NCBI GenBank assembly: GCA_024672275.1
Contig: GCA_024672275.1_4536.1
Reading direction: 5' to 3' (one strand)
Length of the DNA stretch: 64,000 nt
Source of the DNA: a phage
A program made the position numbers and the translations under genes. A model generated the notes under the pieces. The model was not told the DNA's origin, made no database searches, and worked only from the letters and a program-made list of their open reading frames with translations. Below are positions 7,481 to 15,538 of this stretch, piece after piece. The number at the start of each line of letters is the position of its first letter. Positions within the stretch are counted from its first letter, which is position 1.

Positions 7481-7867
7481 ATGAAAACAGAAATCATTAT
7501 TGAAATCATCAACGGCTATAAAGAAGCCTTTATTTTTGCTGAATCAGCAAGGGATCATGAAGGTAATTTTATTGATAACTTAGACGATTATGATTTTTCT
7601 CCTAGCGCGGACGAACGGATCGCCCAGGATGTAACAGCCTTTATTAATGCTAATCTTGCCGCTATCTCTGAGGCAATGAGCGACGGCGCAACAGCCAACC
7701 AGATCGGGAATGATTTACATTTTACCCGTAACGGTCACGGCGTAGGCTTTTGGGATCGCCCTGAGATATACACCACTAACACGGCGAACCGCCTAACCAA
7801 TGCAGCTAAGTTTATGCCGAACGTGTCGGCTTACATTGGTGAAGATAATTTGATTTATATTGAATAA
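7481..7867 (+). CDS. hypothetical protein (128 aa)
   Basis: Internal ATG 7481 of track ORF 7394..7867 (track start is GTG inside previous ORF); start uncertain, weak RBS. Confidence 0.5.
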   Translation: MKTEIIIEIINGYKEAFIFAESARDHEGNFIDNLDDYDFSPSADERIAQDVTAFINANLAAISEAMSDGATANQIGNDLHFTRNGHGVGFWDRPEIYTTNTANRLTNAAKFMPNVSAYIGEDNLIYIE

Positions 7868-7873
7868 AAAGTA

Positions 7874-7931
7874 TTGACACAGATCGCCAGTGTGCTAATA
7901 TTTACCACGTAGGGCGGCAATGGTGCCGCTC
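7874..7931 (+). promoter_or_regulatory. sigma70-type promoter + GC hairpin cassette
   Basis: TTGACA 7874-7879, N16, TGn-TAATAT 7896-7901, TTACCACGTAGGGCGG box, exact 20-mer hairpin 7912-7931. Confidence 0.7.
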
Positions 7932-7950
7932 ACTGTAAAAGGTAAACATT

Positions 7951-8142
7951 ATGAAAACTATCACCTATCTGGAATCGAATAACATGTTTTTTGCGCCCGT
8001 TGATGAAATCATCGAAGCATTAAACAACGAGGAAGGGATCAAAGGTTTATCTTATAGCCAACTTTTAGGAATGGTTGCAGCAAATGTAGAGCTTGCTTAC
8101 TATGTTGAAAATTTTGATGAAGCTGTAATCTTTACAAAATAA
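7951..8142 (+). CDS. hypothetical protein (63 aa)
   Basis: ATG 7951 after cassette; ORF track. Confidence 0.6.
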   Translation: MKTITYLESNNMFFAPVDEIIEALNNEEGIKGLSYSQLLGMVAANVELAYYVENFDEAVIFTK

Positions 8143-8145
8143 TCC

Positions 8146-8202
8146 TTGATCTAATCTCTTAAATAACTTATATTTAATGCGTAGGGCGGCAATGGTGCCG
8201 CC
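8146..8202 (+). promoter_or_regulatory. sigma70-type promoter + GC hairpin cassette
   Basis: TTGATC 8146-8151, N17, TATATT 8169-8174, exact 20-mer hairpin 8183-8202. Confidence 0.6.
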
Positions 8203-8220
8203 GATAATGAGGAAAGTAAA

Positions 8221-8520
8221 ATGGAAACTATCGCTATTGTTACCGTAGAAAAACTGGTTGTTGGTGATGTATTCGCGTTAATGGTGCCTAACAGCAGCAA
8301 GCTGGGCGCTTATGAAGTAATGGATCATAAAAATGAATCATTTGGCGACGGTTGCACAATGGCGGTAAAATCTTTAAAGGATGGAATTATCCGCCAGGCT
8401 AACTGGCACAAAGGGAATCAAGTCGGTTTAATATCAGCTAATTTCTTGCCAGAAGAGCAAACATTAGATCAACTATCAGGCGGTAAGACGTTAGCCGAAC
8501 TACTGGAAACAGCGATCTAA
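8221..8520 (+). CDS. hypothetical protein (99 aa)
   Basis: ATG 8221 with RBS GAGGAAAG; ORF track. Confidence 0.6.
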   Translation: METIAIVTVEKLVVGDVFALMVPNSSKLGAYEVMDHKNESFGDGCTMAVKSLKDGIIRQANWHKGNQVGLISANFLPEEQTLDQLSGGKTLAELLETAI

Positions 8521-8527
8521 TCGACAA

Positions 8528-8545
8528 GGGGGCGGCAACGCCCCC
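8528..8545 (+). promoter_or_regulatory. GC hairpin with GNRA-type loop, no recognisable promoter
   Basis: GGGGGCG-GCAA-CGCCCCC 30 nt upstream of ATG 8575. Confidence 0.4.
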
Positions 8546-8574
8546 ATTAAACGCAATAGAAAGAGGATAGACAC

Positions 8575-8859
8575 ATGAAAAAGATGATCGCAGTAGTTGC
8601 CCTGGTTGTTGGTATTAACGCGCCTGTAATGGCGAAAGAGTTGCCAGAATCCATCACGTTAACCGATATTAACGCAGTGAACCGGATCGGTGTTAATTAT
8701 CGCCTATGCCTTGCCGCTAAAACTTTCCAGGACGGCACAACAGAGTACTACGGATTCGAGGGTATCCGCTGCGGTGAGCTTTCACGCGACCTTAAGGAAG
8801 ATCCAGACCTTGAGGCCATACCGATGACCGTAAACGGTAAAGCCCAGGTAAACCGCTAA
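8575..8859 (+). CDS. secreted/periplasmic small protein (94 aa)
   Basis: N-terminal Sec-type signal peptide MKKMIAVVALVVGINAPVMA; RBS AGAGGA. Confidence 0.6.
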   Translation: MKKMIAVVALVVGINAPVMAKELPESITLTDINAVNRIGVNYRLCLAAKTFQDGTTEYYGFEGIRCGELSRDLKEDPDLEAIPMTVNGKAQVNR

Positions 8860-8882
8860 CCATGAGAAAGGTAATCATCACA

Positions 8883-8996
8883 ATGGGGATCGTAGTAGCA
8901 ACGCTGGCGCTAATCCCCTTCCTGATTAAATATGTGCTAATCAGTGTTGTTCTGGTAGTCAGTGACCTATTGGAAACGGTTGGCACCTGGTTTTAA
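8883..8996 (+). CDS. small hydrophobic peptide (37 aa)
   Basis: ATG 8883 with RBS AGAAAGG; alternative start ATG 8862; one predicted TM helix. Confidence 0.4.
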   Translation: MGIVVATLALIPFLIKYVLISVVLVVSDLLETVGTWF

Positions 8997-9008
8997 GGAG
9001 TAATAAAA

Positions 9009-9200
9009 ATGAATGCAGAACAAGTTAGAAAGGTATTAGCAGCGTTGCGGTATCACAACCATAGCAAGGTAAAGAATGATCCTGACTATGTGGATTCAAG
9101 CCTGGAAGAAGACACATTGCAAGCTATAAGCCATATGCAAAAATTGCTTAAGCGTATGACAGAAAAGAATAGATCTGATTATATAGGTGACGAGATCTAA
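9009..9200 (+). CDS. hypothetical protein (63 aa)
   Basis: ATG 9009 with RBS AAGGAG; ORF track. Confidence 0.55.
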   Translation: MNAEQVRKVLAALRYHNHSKVKNDPDYVDSSLEEDTLQAISHMQKLLKRMTEKNRSDYIGDEI

Positions 9201-9206
9201 AATAGC

Positions 9207-9264
9207 TTGCACAATGTATCGGATAGTGTAAGATGTATCACGTAGGGCGGCAATGGTGCCGCCC
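9207..9264 (+). promoter_or_regulatory. sigma70-type promoter + GC hairpin cassette
   Basis: TTGCAC 9207-9212, N16, TAAGAT 9229-9234, exact 20-mer hairpin 9245-9264. Confidence 0.65.
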
Positions 9265-9284
9265 ACTGAAAAAGGTAAATCATC

Positions 9285-9473
9285 ATGGCAATCGTAAAAG
9301 CAAAAGATCTCAAGGTCGGTATGGAACTGGACACGGGCGCGATGGTAGTGACCGTTATTATCATCGATGCGGATCTCGTAGAGCTTGAATTACAGGTTTA
9401 TGATCCTGATTGCGGGGAGGTTGACTTTTTATCTTTCCAGGAGAACGCCGAGGAAACGTATAACATCAACTAA
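9285..9473 (+). CDS. hypothetical protein (62 aa)
   Basis: ATG 9285 after cassette; ORF track. Confidence 0.6.
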   Translation: MAIVKAKDLKVGMELDTGAMVVTVIIIDADLVELELQVYDPDCGEVDFLSFQENAEETYNIN

Positions 9474-9492
9474 AACACTGATAAAAAACAAG

Positions 9493-9521
9493 GTTGACGA
9501 AAGTCAGCCTTTTTGTTATGC
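9493..9521 (+). promoter_or_regulatory. putative sigma70-type promoter followed by long structured leader
   Basis: TTGACG 9493-9498, N17, TATGCT 9516-9521; about 200-nt leader with GC-rich element GGGCGGCACTGGCAACGGGGGAGG before ATG 9729. Confidence 0.35.
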
Positions 9522-9728
9522 TTATTGAACGGGCGGCACTGGCAACGGGGGAGGTAATCACCGGAAGACCCCGCTATATATTGATAGCTAACATCTATCA
9601 AACAACAAAACATCAAAGAGATAAACTATCAAATCTTTACAATTCTACCTATTGACCAATAAATCACAACAGTTTAATATTGTTTTTAGAGGTTAAAATA
9701 TTCCCCAAACGAAAACAGGAAAAAGAAA

Positions 9729-9965
9729 ATGAAAGAAGTCATGATCCTCAAAAAATCACCTATTTTACGTGGCGGTTTTATCGCTTACTCTGATGATTTG
9801 TTAATTGCAACAGTTGCAAAAATACTAAAATCAGAAGATGACAGTAAAAACGGCGTTTATCGTATCTGTTTCACCCGTGGAAAATTACAAGGTAAGATCG
9901 CTTATGCCTTTGATTTACAAGATGTAAACGATAAAATATGCGCTGTTATTGATTATGCAAAATAG
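9729..9965 (+). CDS. hypothetical protein (78 aa)
   Basis: ATG 9729 with RBS ACAGGAAAAAG; ORF track. Confidence 0.55.
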   Translation: MKEVMILKKSPILRGGFIAYSDDLLIATVAKILKSEDDSKNGVYRICFTRGKLQGKIAYAFDLQDVNDKICAVIDYAK

Positions 9966-9977
9966 TTAATTTTCTTA

Positions 9978-10020
9978 TTGACACCGGATCACGCTTGCAT
10001 TATTATTTATCACGTAGGGC
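9978..10020 (+). promoter_or_regulatory. sigma70-type promoter with conserved box but no hairpin
   Basis: TTGACA 9978-9983, N17, TATTAT 10001-10006, conserved TTATCACGTAGGGC box retained but second hairpin arm absent. Confidence 0.6.
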
Positions 10021-10052
10021 AAATCATTTTAAACGGTAAACGAGGAATCACC

Positions 10053-10436
10053 ATGAGCAATATCATCAACCTGGCAGCGACTGTAAACGGTAAAGACTTT
10101 AACGGCGCTGTAGACCGTGATCCTATGTGGTGCTTATCAGTGTTTAAAGGCGACCTGGTTGAAGTTAGAACAACCGAAGGTTATAGCGACGATTATAAAT
10201 GCGAGATCCATTTACATAACTGGTACACGGGTAAAACTTATGCGCTGAATCACGCGTTTATCGGAAAAATCGAATATCGTGAGATGATCGACGAAGAAAC
10301 GGGGCAAGATTTTAGCGAAAACGTTTATATTCGTTCAGAAACATTGGCCGAACGTTTGATCGAGAAAATGAAAGCAAAAAATAAAATTAATTTATCTCAT
10401 TGGATTGATATAACAAACGATCCAGCTTATCAATAA
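10053..10436 (+). CDS. hypothetical protein (127 aa)
   Basis: Internal ATG 10053 with RBS ACGAGG; track start 9978 is the TTG of the -35 box. Confidence 0.6.
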   Translation: MSNIINLAATVNGKDFNGAVDRDPMWCLSVFKGDLVEVRTTEGYSDDYKCEIHLHNWYTGKTYALNHAFIGKIEYREMIDEETGQDFSENVYIRSETLAERLIEKMKAKNKINLSHWIDITNDPAYQ

Positions 10437-10450
10437 ATAACATTTCATAC

Positions 10451-10479
10451 CAGGGCGCACCAAGCGCCCTTTCTTTTTG
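10451..10479 (+). terminator. rho-independent terminator
   Basis: AGGGCGC-ACCAA-GCGCCCT + TTTCTTTTT; identical to 4745-4772; closes the + strand early-like array. Confidence 0.7.
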
Positions 10480-12057
10480 CCCGAACAATGTTGATAGCTT
10501 TCGCCTATGAAAAACCGACACAGAACAAAATTGAATAAATCGCGGTATCGAGCTAATCAACCATTAAACGAATAACCATACCTCCCAGGGTAACAGGCTG
10601 TTAGAGAGCCATTTATAGCGGTTAAAATCGATCAACAACCAACAACAAACCATCAAAAACACCCTTTTACCTCCTTTCTAGTGCAATGATAACCATTATC
10701 ATCTATACATGATTATATATGCAATATAAGTGCATAACTATAATGTTGATAATAGTTCGCAACAACTAACTAACCAACAACCTAAAACAATAAGCAAACT
10801 AATTATAATCAAAGGAATAATAGCAAGATGATTGATAACGACAAACAATCAAACCATGATGAATACTAAGCAAGATAACGATAACACGACAAAACAACCA
10901 ACTAACGAACAATAACAAACGAAATCATTAAAATAATAACTATTGCCATAATAGTGACTGAATGAATCATTACAAAACGAATCATTCCCAAGATCATCAT
11001 TAGCACGCTATGCCGGACACATAGCGAGCTAATAATAAGCCAACTACACCCCAACAATCATAACCATCGGTGATGGTTATTTCTTGTTACTGCGTAGCTT
11101 GCAATAATTGCAAGCGTAATGACGCTTACACTTATTGCGCTGGCTTATTATTAGCATTATATGTAATTACCAAGATCATAACATTAGCGCAATAACAATA
11201 ATCATTGTAATTGTTACAAGATGAGATTATTAGCATGGCAATAATTATTGGGGGGCAATGGGAGGATGATTATCATCATTCCGATACATTGCACACTATG
11301 CACATAATAGAATAAAAGTCAATAATTTTGGGGCGAAATGTTACCGCCACGGGCGGGAATGTTGAGCACTAAGAAAAGAGATAAACCTTAATCATGGGGG
11401 CGTAAATATCCGAGGATTGCCAACGGCGATCCGGTAGGATGTTGAGCAAGTTTTCTTAAACGTAAATAAAATCAGAAAATTCTTGATTTATTTTAGTTTT
11501 TATGTTAATAAACGTTTAAATAATAATCATTCTCATATGAATAATAGTCCGTCTGTCATGCGCGGGATCAGTTGACATTGTTCCGTCATATGATGAAGTT
11601 GCCAAACCATTGATAAATAAGCGTTTGTGTGATTTATAATCAAGTGGCCCACCTTGTCGCTATGTTGGCATGAGCCTTGCATAAGTCATTGAATACGAAT
11701 GATAATTATTCTCATTCGCATGATATTTGGGAATTGTCGCTGCGTGGACCTGACGGCCCGAAAATTCGCGTTAAGCACTTCTTACGTATGCGCCATGATT
11801 TTTGCCATATCATATTGATTCTATTAGATATTCTTGCCATGATTGCCATGAAACAGGGTGTGTCGAAATAATCTCTCCCCGTAGATATTTTGGGTTACTT
11901 TTTATACAAGAGTGGGGTGTCAAAAATAATCGATATATATGGGATAATTAATAGGAATCCCCTATGGTAATTCGATTGTAATTGCCGAAGATTGATCGTA
12001 TGATGTTGGTGATTGATGATTGCCATGAAAGATGGCTAACGATGAGAGGAGATTGTC
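10480..12057. other. ORF-free, strand-skewed, repeat-rich spacer between gene modules
   Basis: No credible ORF; 10600-11000 is A+C-rich with CAACAA/AAC repeats; ATTAGC/AATAAT repeats 10980-11260; direct repeats GGAATGTTGAGCA (11358, 11428), TTGCCATGAAA and GTGTC(G/A)AAA..AATC (11838-11870, 11913-12030). Confidence 0.5.
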
Positions 12058-12402
12058 ATGCAAGAGAGTAAAAATGTTCCCTTGAGTAGCTTACGTCTAA
12101 TGAAGTTTTACAAAGCTTGGCTTGCTGGTGAGGTAGAAGGTCACACAACGAGTGGTTTGTGCATATGTCTGATTAAGTATGTAGAGGGAACATACCCTGA
12201 TGAACTGTTACCTCGTCTACAACAGGAGATGAAATCACAGTTTATTAGTGCAGGATTGGATTACAATTTCCCGTTTAATGAAGGTGGTTATGAAGAATAC
12301 ACCTTCGAACATAAAAAACTTATTTGCCATAAAAACAAACATCGTATACAATGGGTGCTAGATAGAATTCAGGATTACGAAGGAGAGAAAAATGACAAAT
12401 AG
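12058..12402 (+). CDS. paralog family member 1 (FY..W / GLC.CL / PF / WV.DR motifs), 114 aa
   Basis: RBS GAGAGGAG + ATG; shares conserved motif set with 12392, 17031, 20375, 23213, 24518. Confidence 0.65.
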   Translation: MQESKNVPLSSLRLMKFYKAWLAGEVEGHTTSGLCICLIKYVEGTYPDELLPRLQQEMKSQFISAGLDYNFPFNEGGYEEYTFEHKKLICHKNKHRIQWVLDRIQDYEGEKNDK

Positions 12403-12760
12403 TATTCCGTTGAGCAGTGCAACATTGCTTCGCTTCTATAAAGCATGGATTGCCAACTATCCTGCAATGAATCGCACAACGAGTGGCTTATGTGGTTGTC
12501 TGGTAGATTATGTAAATGATTTTGTTGGTGAGACAACTAGAGAAGAAGATAGAAGATGGCGGGATAGTTTGTTAGACCGTTTGAAATATGAAATGAGGAA
12601 ACAATTTACATGTGCAGGGCTGGACTACAATCTTCCGTTCAATGCAGATTGCATGGATTACCTTTCAGAGTGTATAAACTTGGCGTGTCATACCAACACG
12701 TTACGTCTTCAATGGGTGAAAGATCGCATTGAAGATGCAAATAATTCTTGCATTGAATAA
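12392..12760 (+). CDS. paralog family member 2, 122 aa
   Basis: RBS GAAGGAGAG + ATG overlapping previous gene; motifs LRFYKAW, GLCGCL, PFN, LQWVKDR. Confidence 0.65.
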   Translation: MTNSIPLSSATLLRFYKAWIANYPAMNRTTSGLCGCLVDYVNDFVGETTREEDRRWRDSLLDRLKYEMRKQFTCAGLDYNLPFNADCMDYLSECINLACHTNTLRLQWVKDRIEDANNSCIE

Positions 12761-12819
12761 AAATGTCTGTATGATAGTTTGCATACCGCGCATAACAGAT
12801 AGCCAATGAGGAGATTGAA

Positions 12820-13029
12820 ATGTCAAATATGAAAACTGTATCCTTGTATTTAGCTAACACTGATCGTGTGCACACCCTTGCTAATGCAAGTCGTGTACTC
12901 GTGCAGTTCCGAAACTTAGCACCGTCCGTTGTGACAGGCAGTGAAACGTGTGTGATCGATTTCATCAATGAATATTTCCACGGGAATCCTGTTGCTCGTC
13001 ACTTCGTGGAGAATATGAAAGATGCATAA
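12820..13029 (+). CDS. hypothetical protein (69 aa)
   Basis: RBS GAGGAG + ATG; ORF track. Confidence 0.5.
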   Translation: MSNMKTVSLYLANTDRVHTLANASRVLVQFRNLAPSVVTGSETCVIDFINEYFHGNPVARHFVENMKDA

Positions 13030-13252
13030 CATGAAACGTATGAAAATTCGTATTGAGAATGATGGTGGTTATAAAGGATTGGCACATGCAAAATTTCCAC
13101 TTGTGTTGGAAGCTACAGTGGAATACAGTGGGCTTGCTCATGTGCGATTCTCGAAGATGATGGAAGTGCAGGACTGGTTTTGGGACGAGATAGATGCACG
13201 AGAAGGGGAAGATTATGTTTTCTTTCCTCACGAATATGAAATTGTCTATTAA
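13022..13252 (+). CDS. hypothetical protein (76 aa, start uncertain)
   Basis: ORF track; alternative in-frame ATGs at 13031/13040; overlaps upstream stop. Confidence 0.45.
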   Translation: MHNMKRMKIRIENDGGYKGLAHAKFPLVLEATVEYSGLAHVRFSKMMEVQDWFWDEIDAREGEDYVFFPHEYEIVY

Positions 13253-13264
13253 AGGTTGTGTGCA

Positions 13265-13504
13265 ATGATCACACCACAACAGAACGAAGCAGCAATGGAT
13301 CTTCTTGATAGTTTGTATTTCGATAATTGGTACTCCGAATGTGAATGGATGAATATGCAAACTCTGAAAGAGAAAACAGAAGCGTTGATTACAGTAGATC
13401 AATTTCTTGCAGAGACGGAAAGAATGAACTATGATATGGCATCTCGCGCACGACGCGTTTCCATTTTCAATAGAATGTTAGCATTATGGGGAGGTAGAAA
13501 ATGA
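13265..13504 (+). CDS. hypothetical protein (79 aa)
   Basis: Internal ATG 13265 with RBS AAAGG (track start is TTG 13256). Confidence 0.55.
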   Translation: MITPQQNEAAMDLLDSLYFDNWYSECEWMNMQTLKEKTEALITVDQFLAETERMNYDMASRARRVSIFNRMLALWGGRK

Positions 13505-13962
13505 GACAATTCACTATACTGGCAGCTTATGTGCAATGTGTTCACGATTATGTTAGTGCTCATACAGGTTTGCTGGAAGTTACCAGTAAAATTGAAGGTA
13601 ATATGGGTACTGTCTGTGTGCAACATACTTTATCCAATGTGCCGTTTAAAGTGTTCACTGTTGTAGCTGCCGATTACAATCGTGTAGATGTGCGTTTCTT
13701 GGATCATAATTTTCGTAACGCACTAGATAATATCGAAGATTATCTTCCCGTGAAACCTTTGTCATTTCCACCGAGTCGTGCAAATAATGTAGTGACAAAC
13801 CTTAATGAAAGGAATGTGACTATGCACAAAAAAGTCCGTCAACTGAAAACGCTGATGGAAATGCAAGAAGAGATTGAAAAAGAACTGAAAGAAGATTTTG
13901 GTATGCTTCCAAAAGACGCTTTGAAATGGTATGATGAGTTAGGAGGAGAAAGTTATGAATAA
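13501..13962 (+). CDS. hypothetical protein (153 aa)
   Basis: RBS GGGAGG + ATG overlapping upstream stop (ATGA). Confidence 0.6.
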   Translation: MRQFTILAAYVQCVHDYVSAHTGLLEVTSKIEGNMGTVCVQHTLSNVPFKVFTVVAADYNRVDVRFLDHNFRNALDNIEDYLPVKPLSFPPSRANNVVTNLNERNVTMHKKVRQLKTLMEMQEEIEKELKEDFGMLPKDALKWYDELGGESYE

Positions 13963-14149
13963 AGGAACTACTGTATATTTAGTGACTAAGAACACCCCAG
14001 GGTGGAGCCAATGCAGCACTGTTCCTTACAAGATCTGTGCAACATTAGAACTAGCACAACGCGCAGAAGCAGAAGTGGATGCCATGCAACACAGCTATGG
14101 TGAGATCATTCCTTTTACTCTTGAACAAGAAGGAGCACATCATGTTTAA
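13955..14149 (+). CDS. hypothetical protein (64 aa) consisting of a repeated about 50-aa domain
   Basis: RBS AGGAGGAG + ATG; domain VYLV..C..V...A...A...A....E shared with C-termini of 14142 and 14603 genes. Confidence 0.55.
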   Translation: MNKGTTVYLVTKNTPGWSQCSTVPYKICATLELAQRAEAEVDAMQHSYGEIIPFTLEQEGAHHV

Positions 14150-14597
14150 AGTAGGGTTTACTTATAAATTCAAAAGCGTTGCTGACCAAGGAGATATGGC
14201 AACACATGACAAAGCAAATATTGCTGTTTGCCAAGCGATTGGAAACGAAGTTTTCAAAGTTATGAATACAGATGATAAGTATGGTCATGTTCTTGAGTTT
14301 TATATCAATGGTACCCTCTATACAGCAGGTGTTACCCCAGGGTTTAATTCGTATACTTATTTGATTGATAACGAAGAATTTAAATATTTTGAAGAAGTAA
14401 AGGAGGAAACAATGGGTAAAGCAGAACCACAATGGCATGTTGTGATCGTAGGATCAGAGTGTGTAGATGTTTGTTCTAGTTTTGAAAAAGCTTCTGAAGT
14501 CGCTACAAAAGCTAAGAAGGATTATCCGTCGAAGACGGTTGAGATTTACGCTCGTGTTGCAGTAGCAAACGCCACAATCACTATTGATAAGGAGTAA
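14142..14597 (+). CDS. hypothetical protein (151 aa), MFK-start paralog with shared C-terminal domain
   Basis: Internal ATG 14142 with RBS GAAGGAG; N-terminus MFKVGFTYKF like next two genes. Confidence 0.6.
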   Translation: MFKVGFTYKFKSVADQGDMATHDKANIAVCQAIGNEVFKVMNTDDKYGHVLEFYINGTLYTAGVTPGFNSYTYLIDNEEFKYFEEVKEETMGKAEPQWHVVIVGSECVDVCSSFEKASEVATKAKKDYPSKTVEIYARVAVANATITIDKE

Positions 14598-14602
14598 AGC
14601 CA

Positions 14603-15061
14603 ATGTTCAAAGAAGGTCATGTCTACCGTTTCCAGGATGAAGATTATATGCGACTATATTCTACCTTTGATAACAGTATTGCTGCTATCATTGGAGAGAA
14701 TTTTTTCGAGGTGTTGAGCACTGATGCAAATGGTAATATCTTGTCAATGGTTGTAATAGGTATGAGAGACGGTATTATCACTGCTGGTGACGGGGATCGT
14801 TACATAATCAATTCTGCTCATATAGATTATTTTGTTGATGGTGGTGTTCGTGGTGGTCGTGGAAAACCCCAAGAAGAACCTGTTGATACAACAAAAGAAG
14901 AGTGGTATGTTGTAATGACTGATGACACCTGTATTTCTGGATTTGAAAGTTATGAAGAAGCCTTGAAAGAAGCAGCAGAGCATAAAATGGCTAATCCTAC
15001 AGAAGAGGTTGAAGTTTATAAACGTTTGGTTGTTGCTACCATCGGCGTATCTTTTGTTTAA
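14603..15061 (+). CDS. hypothetical protein (152 aa), MFK-start paralog
   Basis: RBS AAGGAG + ATG; C-terminal WYVVMTDD..C...FESYEEA domain parallels 14142 gene. Confidence 0.6.
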   Translation: MFKEGHVYRFQDEDYMRLYSTFDNSIAAIIGENFFEVLSTDANGNILSMVVIGMRDGIITAGDGDRYIINSAHIDYFVDGGVRGGRGKPQEEPVDTTKEEWYVVMTDDTCISGFESYEEALKEAAEHKMANPTEEVEVYKRLVVATIGVSFV

Positions 15062-15073
15062 AAGGGGAATGTT

Positions 15074-15511
15074 ATGTTTAAAGTTAATGCTGTTTACTGT
15101 TTCAAAAGTAAAGCTGCCTGTGAAGCTTTCTCTATGATCTCTGATGAAAATTTCAAAATGGCAGCTTTGATTGAAGGGTCTTGTTTCCGCGTCGAAGATG
15201 TTAGTGAATCAGGGTCCGTTTGCTCATTGACTTTATTGGACAGCGGAGATATTATTGAAGCTGGACAGTATCCGTTCAGGAGTTGGGAGATATTGTTAGC
15301 TCGCGGAGAGCGTAACTTTTTTATGTGCGTGTCTGCGGGGGAAGTTGTGAAAGAAACTAAAGATGTTTCTGTTTACAATTCTGAATTTATAAGTTATAGT
15401 GAGTATCAACATCTGGAAGGCATTGTTGGTCACTTGTTATCTCTGATTGACGTTGAATGTGACCTGCCTGAATCATTGAAAGAAGAGTTGAAAGCATTAG
15501 ATCTGTTATAA
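15074..15511 (+). CDS. hypothetical protein (145 aa), MFK-start
   Basis: RBS AAAGGGGAA + ATG; ORF track. Confidence 0.6.
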   Translation: MFKVNAVYCFKSKAACEAFSMISDENFKMAALIEGSCFRVEDVSESGSVCSLTLLDSGDIIEAGQYPFRSWEILLARGERNFFMCVSAGEVVKETKDVSVYNSEFISYSEYQHLEGIVGHLLSLIDVECDLPESLKEELKALDLL

Positions 15512-15538
15512 TGTTTCGCACAACGAAAGGAGAATAAG

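Noticed and set aside
239-10020. Repeated GC-rich palindromic elements at regular intervals could be a CRISPR array
   Set aside because: Repeats are not identical, spacing is irregular (130-400 bp), each intervening segment is a protein-coding gene with its own RBS, and every repeat sits in a fixed position relative to a -35/-10 promoter.
2188-10436. Longest-ORF starts from the track (for example 2188, 5313, 5817, 6502, 7394, 9978)
   Set aside because: These upstream starts fall inside promoter or hairpin elements or the preceding gene and lack an RBS; an internal ATG with a purine-rich RBS downstream of each hairpin is the more plausible initiation site.
11677-11871. 64-aa ORF inside the non-coding spacer
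   Set aside because: TTG start without RBS, lies within direct-repeat and promoter-like sequence, and codon composition is atypical; more likely non-coding.
10480-12057. tRNA gene cluster in the ORF-free region (common in large phages)
   Set aside because: By eye there is no cloverleaf-compatible segment with the conserved T-loop GTTCGAATC/GTTCAAATC signatures or matching acceptor stems; only hand inspection was possible, so this is not fully excluded.
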